Positions 60,296-64,000 of a DNA stretch of 64,000 nt are shown in pieces; positions within the stretch are counted from its first letter, which is position 1; each line of letters opens with the position of its first letter. Source of the DNA: Gammaproteobacteria bacterium (GTDB taxonomy: Bacteria > Pseudomonadota > Gammaproteobacteria > Eutrophobiales > Eutrophobiaceae); the NCBI GenBank assembly GCA_965221695.1, contig OZ244905.1:1728001-1792000 (forward strand). The letters are read 5' to 3'. The position numbers were made by a program, and so were the translations under genes. A model generated the notes under the pieces. That model was not told the DNA's origin. It made no database searches and saw only the letters and a program-made list of their open reading frames with translations.

Positions 60296-60421
60296 ATTTT
60301 CGACCCCGTTATTGTCCCGTTTAGCCCTGTGAAAGTAACGCCGTCTATTTCTGACTGAGTCATATCGAATTATAGCTACAGCGCTGCTGCTGTCAATGAG
60401 CTTGAACCCAAAATTCGCATA

Positions 60422-60742
60422 TCAATACTGTGATTCCGGCATATTCACAACCAGGCCGTCCAGTTCCGGGGTGACTTTGATCTGGCAACTCAACCGGCTG
60501 GTAGATTGTGGGCTCATCACGAAGTCCAGCATTTCCTTCTCCATGGACTGGGCCTCGGGCAGTTTATCAAACCATTTCTGATCTACGTAAACATGACAGG
60601 TGGCGCAACTGCAGGCGCCGCCGCATTCAGCAACGATACCGTCCACCCCGTTGTTAACAGCGGTCTGCATGACAGTCATGCCCTCTTTAGCGTCTACTGT
60701 CGTTTCTGTCCCATCGAATGCAATATAGGTGATTTTCGGCAT
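60422..60742 (-). CDS. 2Fe-2S ferredoxin, adrenodoxin/putidaredoxin type
   Basis: [14 protein letters not shown] and SRLSCQ motifs. Confidence 0.93.
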   Translation of the reverse strand: MPKITYIAFDGTETTVDAKEGMTVMQTAVNNGVDGIVAECGGACSCATCHVYVDQKWFDKLPEAQSMEKEMLDFVMSPQSTSRLSCQIKVTPELDGLVVNMPESQY

Positions 60743-60799
60743 TTGCTGAACTCCATACTAACAGTTATGTATTATCCACGTGCGGATGCTGATTATAAA

Positions 60800-61924
60800 T
60801 CAATTCCGAAGCCGTTCAAATTCGGTTCTGGAAATATCAGTTTGGCGGAAGAAGTACTGAAGAAACTGGCCGGTTAACACACTATGTGGAGTTGGGTTCT
60901 CAATATAGTAATTCATGCTGAACCGGCAATTTTGTCTTTTTTCCGATTTCAGGTTACCCAGGCTTACAAATGGTCCTGCCATTAGGCTGAATTCCTCGAA
61001 GGAAAATTTTTTGTGTAGTGGCCAATCGCCTAGCAGATCCAATGCTTGACTGGTATCGAATGCATCACCAACGTAGTCGACGACACTCATACCACGTAAC
61101 TCCTCGTTTCTTTGAATCAGTGTAATGCCGTCCTCTTCCAAATGCATAGTGCCAAGGGGGATGGATTTCCCGCGCAATTTACCCGCGCCGCTAGCGGGAC
61201 GTTCGTATATGCATAATACCAATCCTCCTGCTTTTGTTCTGGTGATTTCATCCTTCAGGATATTCATTTTATAATCAGATTCAGCTAGTTTTTGAGCTTG
61301 CTCAGAAGCTGATTGTTCCAGTTCAGCGCTATGCTTTTTTGCTTTCTCTAAGTTGGCCTCGGACTCGGTTAACTGTTCCCTAAGTTTTTCAAGTTCTTGC
61401 TGTAATTTGTTGTCATCCTTAAGCAAATCCATATCTTTATGAGCTATATCCAATTCCTTGGTTAGTTCAGAAATACTATCTTCTGCTTTGGCCGAGCGTT
61501 GCTTTTCTTTTTCCAGGTCTATTTCGGTTTCAGTGAGTTTGTCTTCCAGTTCTTCCACTTTTTCCCTTAACATTTCGTTGTCAAATTTTTCTTGTTCTGC
61601 GTCTTCTGTATTTTCTTCAAGGTCTTTGAGCCAGCTATCAAGTTGTTTGGAACTGGCAGCCTGTTGTTCAACTTCGCGGGTCAACACGGTCCAAACTTCG
61701 CTTAATTCACGTTGAGTATCAGTTTCGGTGATTAACTGTCCCAATTTGGTGGCTTCGGATAATGACTTTGGCCCACCAAAATTTTCCTCAAGGTCTTCTT
61801 CTTTCTGCTGGTAGTCTTTCAGGAACAGGAGCAACACGAATAGTGTAATGAGCATTAATTCGGCCAGGATGATCCCCATCAGAAAACCGCGACGGCTGGC
61901 GCTTAAGGTATCCGGTGAGGGCAT
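60800..61924 (-). CDS. Single-pass membrane protein with MotB/ExbD-like helix (LAELM), long coiled coil and unknown C-terminal domain
   Basis: SRRGFLMGIILAELMLITLFVLLLFL followed by an E/K-rich heptad stalk; adjacent to a MotA-like gene. Confidence 0.6.
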   Translation of the reverse strand: MPSPDTLSASRRGFLMGIILAELMLITLFVLLLFLKDYQQKEEDLEENFGGPKSLSEATKLGQLITETDTQRELSEVWTVLTREVEQQAASSKQLDSWLKDLEENTEDAEQEKFDNEMLREKVEELEDKLTETEIDLEKEKQRSAKAEDSISELTKELDIAHKDMDLLKDDNKLQQELEKLREQLTESEANLEKAKKHSAELEQSASEQAQKLAESDYKMNILKDEITRTKAGGLVLCIYERPASGAGKLRGKSIPLGTMHLEEDGITLIQRNEELRGMSVVDYVGDAFDTSQALDLLGDWPLHKKFSFEEFSLMAGPFVSLGNLKSEKRQNCRFSMNYYIENPTPHSVLTGQFLQYFFRQTDISRTEFERLRN

Positions 61925-61961
61925 TGTAACAGCAGCGGGAAAATACGGGACAGGAATGTGG

Positions 61962-63515
61962 CTATCGTCGCAACAAGCGCGATAGTATATTGGACCTTTC
62001 AGGGCTCAGGGTATCAAGAGTATTTCTAAGTTCGATCAATTCCGATAAACTACGATTGACCGCACTAGACAAGGCTTCGGTCCTGGTGGACAGTTCCGAG
62101 AGATGCTGGTTGTGATCGGATCCGAGGTTGCGCTGTGTCAAAATCGTCGCCTGTACCATTTCTAGCAATGTCTTGATAGCATCGCGAGCTTCGACAATAG
62201 AATTGACATTATCCATATCCAGATTGGCGATCTGACTATTGCACTCCGTCAAGTATCGCTGTGTGTCTTCCAAGGAGGACGACAGATTTTGCATACAGTC
62301 AACAAAAAGCTTTGTACTCGAATTAATCTGGTCTAACGCAGGTACTATGCGTTGTGCGATGAGTTCCGACGGTATTTCAATTGCCTGAAAACGCTCCATC
62401 AGCGATTTTTCTATCTTTTGGGAAAGGTTTTGTGTTCGGTCGGCAGCAAAGAGACTGGACAGGCGTTGGTGGATGTCAGCAGATATCTGGTCGGTAAGTT
62501 TGCCTACCGTTTCCGACAAACGGGTGAATATCTGGTCAATATGGGAGACAATCAACTCATCAGAAATATCAATAGTATTCAGTTCGTTTGTAAATTTGGT
62601 GATTGACTGAGAAGCGCTGTCAAGTGCTGGAGAGAGTTGGGAACTGACCAGGTCCGAGGGGATGCTGAGAGCATCCGATATTAGTTCATCTAGGCGATTT
62701 ATGTTCACTACCAATTTATTCGTGGCTAATTTTATGCTGGTGTTCATACCGTTCATGGCTTGGCGCGTATTGATTTGTCCTTCTTCAATTGTTTCAGTAA
62801 GGCTTGCAAATATCTGGTCGGTGCGGGTAGTAATCAGGTTAGCCGGGATTTCAATATTCTCGACCTGATTTGCGAATCTCGTGATTGATTGGGAAGCGGT
62901 ATCCAAAACGGGAGACAGTTTGGAACTGAGCAAGTCAGGCGGTATATTCATCATATCCGATACCCGTTTCTCCAATAGATTCGTATTAGTCGCTAGCTTA
63001 TTGGAAGCTGCTTTCACGCTGGTATTCATCTCTTCGAGAGCTAGCCGGGTAGCGAGTTGTCCTTCTTCAACGATATCAGCTGTTTGACGAATTCTGCCTA
63101 TGGTAGCCTCGGCGACTTCAACCAATTCCTCGCGTACCCTATGCTCAATCTGTTCTGATGATTCCCGTCTGAGACACAGCACCCGTAGGAACAATCCCAA
63201 CACAGTAGTAGAAAGACCTATACCCAAATCACCGACAATATGGGTTATAGGCAGTTCGTCTTCAGTAGAAAACCGATACAGAGATACGCCTAGTGTGCAT
63301 ACTGTAAAGATGAAACCCATATAATAGAGGTTGTCAGCCGCCCGTTCGTCTTGGAAGTGTTCGTAAGCCCAAGCCGCCCCTGTATATGCGACTATGAGAG
63401 CGCATAGAACTAAAACCGTGAGCCATGTCGTTGAGTCAAGTGCAATGCGCATAACAACCAGAAGGACAATTCCGGTAATAATGAACCCGGCGAATAACAC
63501 TTTATTGTCTATCAC
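61962..63515 (-). CDS. MotA/TolQ/ExbB-like membrane protein with a long repetitive helical tail (ZorA-like architecture)
   Basis: Four N-terminal hydrophobic helices including YYMGFIFTVCTL and DLGIGLSTTVLGLFLR; about 400-aa soluble helical tail. Confidence 0.6.
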   Translation of the reverse strand: MIDNKVLFAGFIITGIVLLVVMRIALDSTTWLTVLVLCALIVAYTGAAWAYEHFQDERAADNLYYMGFIFTVCTLGVSLYRFSTEDELPITHIVGDLGIGLSTTVLGLFLRVLCLRRESSEQIEHRVREELVEVAEATIGRIRQTADIVEEGQLATRLALEEMNTSVKAASNKLATNTNLLEKRVSDMMNIPPDLLSSKLSPVLDTASQSITRFANQVENIEIPANLITTRTDQIFASLTETIEEGQINTRQAMNGMNTSIKLATNKLVVNINRLDELISDALSIPSDLVSSQLSPALDSASQSITKFTNELNTIDISDELIVSHIDQIFTRLSETVGKLTDQISADIHQRLSSLFAADRTQNLSQKIEKSLMERFQAIEIPSELIAQRIVPALDQINSSTKLFVDCMQNLSSSLEDTQRYLTECNSQIANLDMDNVNSIVEARDAIKTLLEMVQATILTQRNLGSDHNQHLSELSTRTEALSSAVNRSLSELIELRNTLDTLSPERSNILSRLLRR

Positions 63516-63516
63516 T

Positions 63517-64000
63517 TCAGTGTACGCCAGTTATCTTGGTAACGGAGTTCACGTAACCGCCACAGACTCCCAAGTATTCGTCCCACCAGGAGACAAGCGC
63601 ATTATCCTGAGTGGATCGCTCCGGACGTGTGGGCATAAGGATGTCGATTTGAAAACCATCCAGCATAGGGCATTGATCGTGAAAGCGTCTTCGATTGGAT
63701 TGGTAAACCGTTAGCCAGTCCGGATTGTATTGCGATAACGTCTCTGAGTATTCAATGAGGTCTGATACCAACAAGATGTATTGGGATGAGTCATCCCGTT
63801 CCCGGTCCGCAGCAACCCAGCCTAGAGATGCTACAATAGGAGATTCATTACGTGTTCCCTGTAACTGTTCCAGTGCATTGTTCAAAAACTCTTTAAAACT
63901 GGCATCTTTCAAGCGTTGAAATATAGGCGTATCCTGAAGCTCCTTTCCTGGCTTACACAAATGAAAAATTGGTGGTTGAGCAATCGATTCCACGGTGTAA
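63517..64000 (-). CDS. 3' part of a gene cut by the window edge; vWA-like alpha/beta domain
   Basis: Frame is open to the edge; ESPIVASL and ILLVSDLIE motifs; its stop lies 1 bp from the next start. Confidence 0.55.
   Translation of the reverse strand, partial: YTVESIAQPPIFHLCKPGKELQDTPIFQRLKDASFKEFLNNALEQLQGTRNESPIVASLGWVAADRERDDSSQYILLVSDLIEYSETLSQYNPDWLTVYQSNRRRFHDQCPMLDGFQIDILMPTRPERSTQDNALVSWWDEYLGVCGGYVNSVTKITGVH

Overview
About 64 kb of a gammaproteobacterial-type chromosome. The housekeeping anchors are recQ and the conserved glyQ-glyS-gmhB-plsC operon. Most of the rest is accessory catabolism: aldehyde dehydrogenases, a ring-hydroxylating dioxygenase alpha/beta pair, an arylsulfatase, three TonB-dependent receptors, and a 23-kb block in which a complete hut (histidine) pathway sits among MocD/MocE-like, SoxBDAG, HD-domain and Rieske demethylase-type genes. 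The window also carries two tandem reductive-dehalogenase-like genes, a qNor with an FNR/DNR box, an IclR-linked aromatic-CoA cluster and an SbcD/YhaN-like nuclease-SMC pair. Three observations stand out. (1) A miniature mobile-element family with 11-bp GGAAnCTCTGA inverted ends and, in several copies, 4-bp target duplications. It occurs as three 151-bp multi-hairpin copies showing base-pair covariation and exact CsrA/RsmA consensus sites in hairpin loops, and as several 27-30-bp ends-only copies. (2) An AT-rich operon at the right edge encoding a MotA/ExbB-like membrane protein with a long repetitive tail, a MotB-like partner with Glu at the essential Asp position and no OmpA domain, and a vWA-like protein. 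This looks like a Zorya-like stator system of unknown function. (3) The possibly co-regulated hut plus demethylase block. No rRNA, tRNA, CRISPR array or intact transposase was recognised. All product calls come from motif recognition, not database searches.
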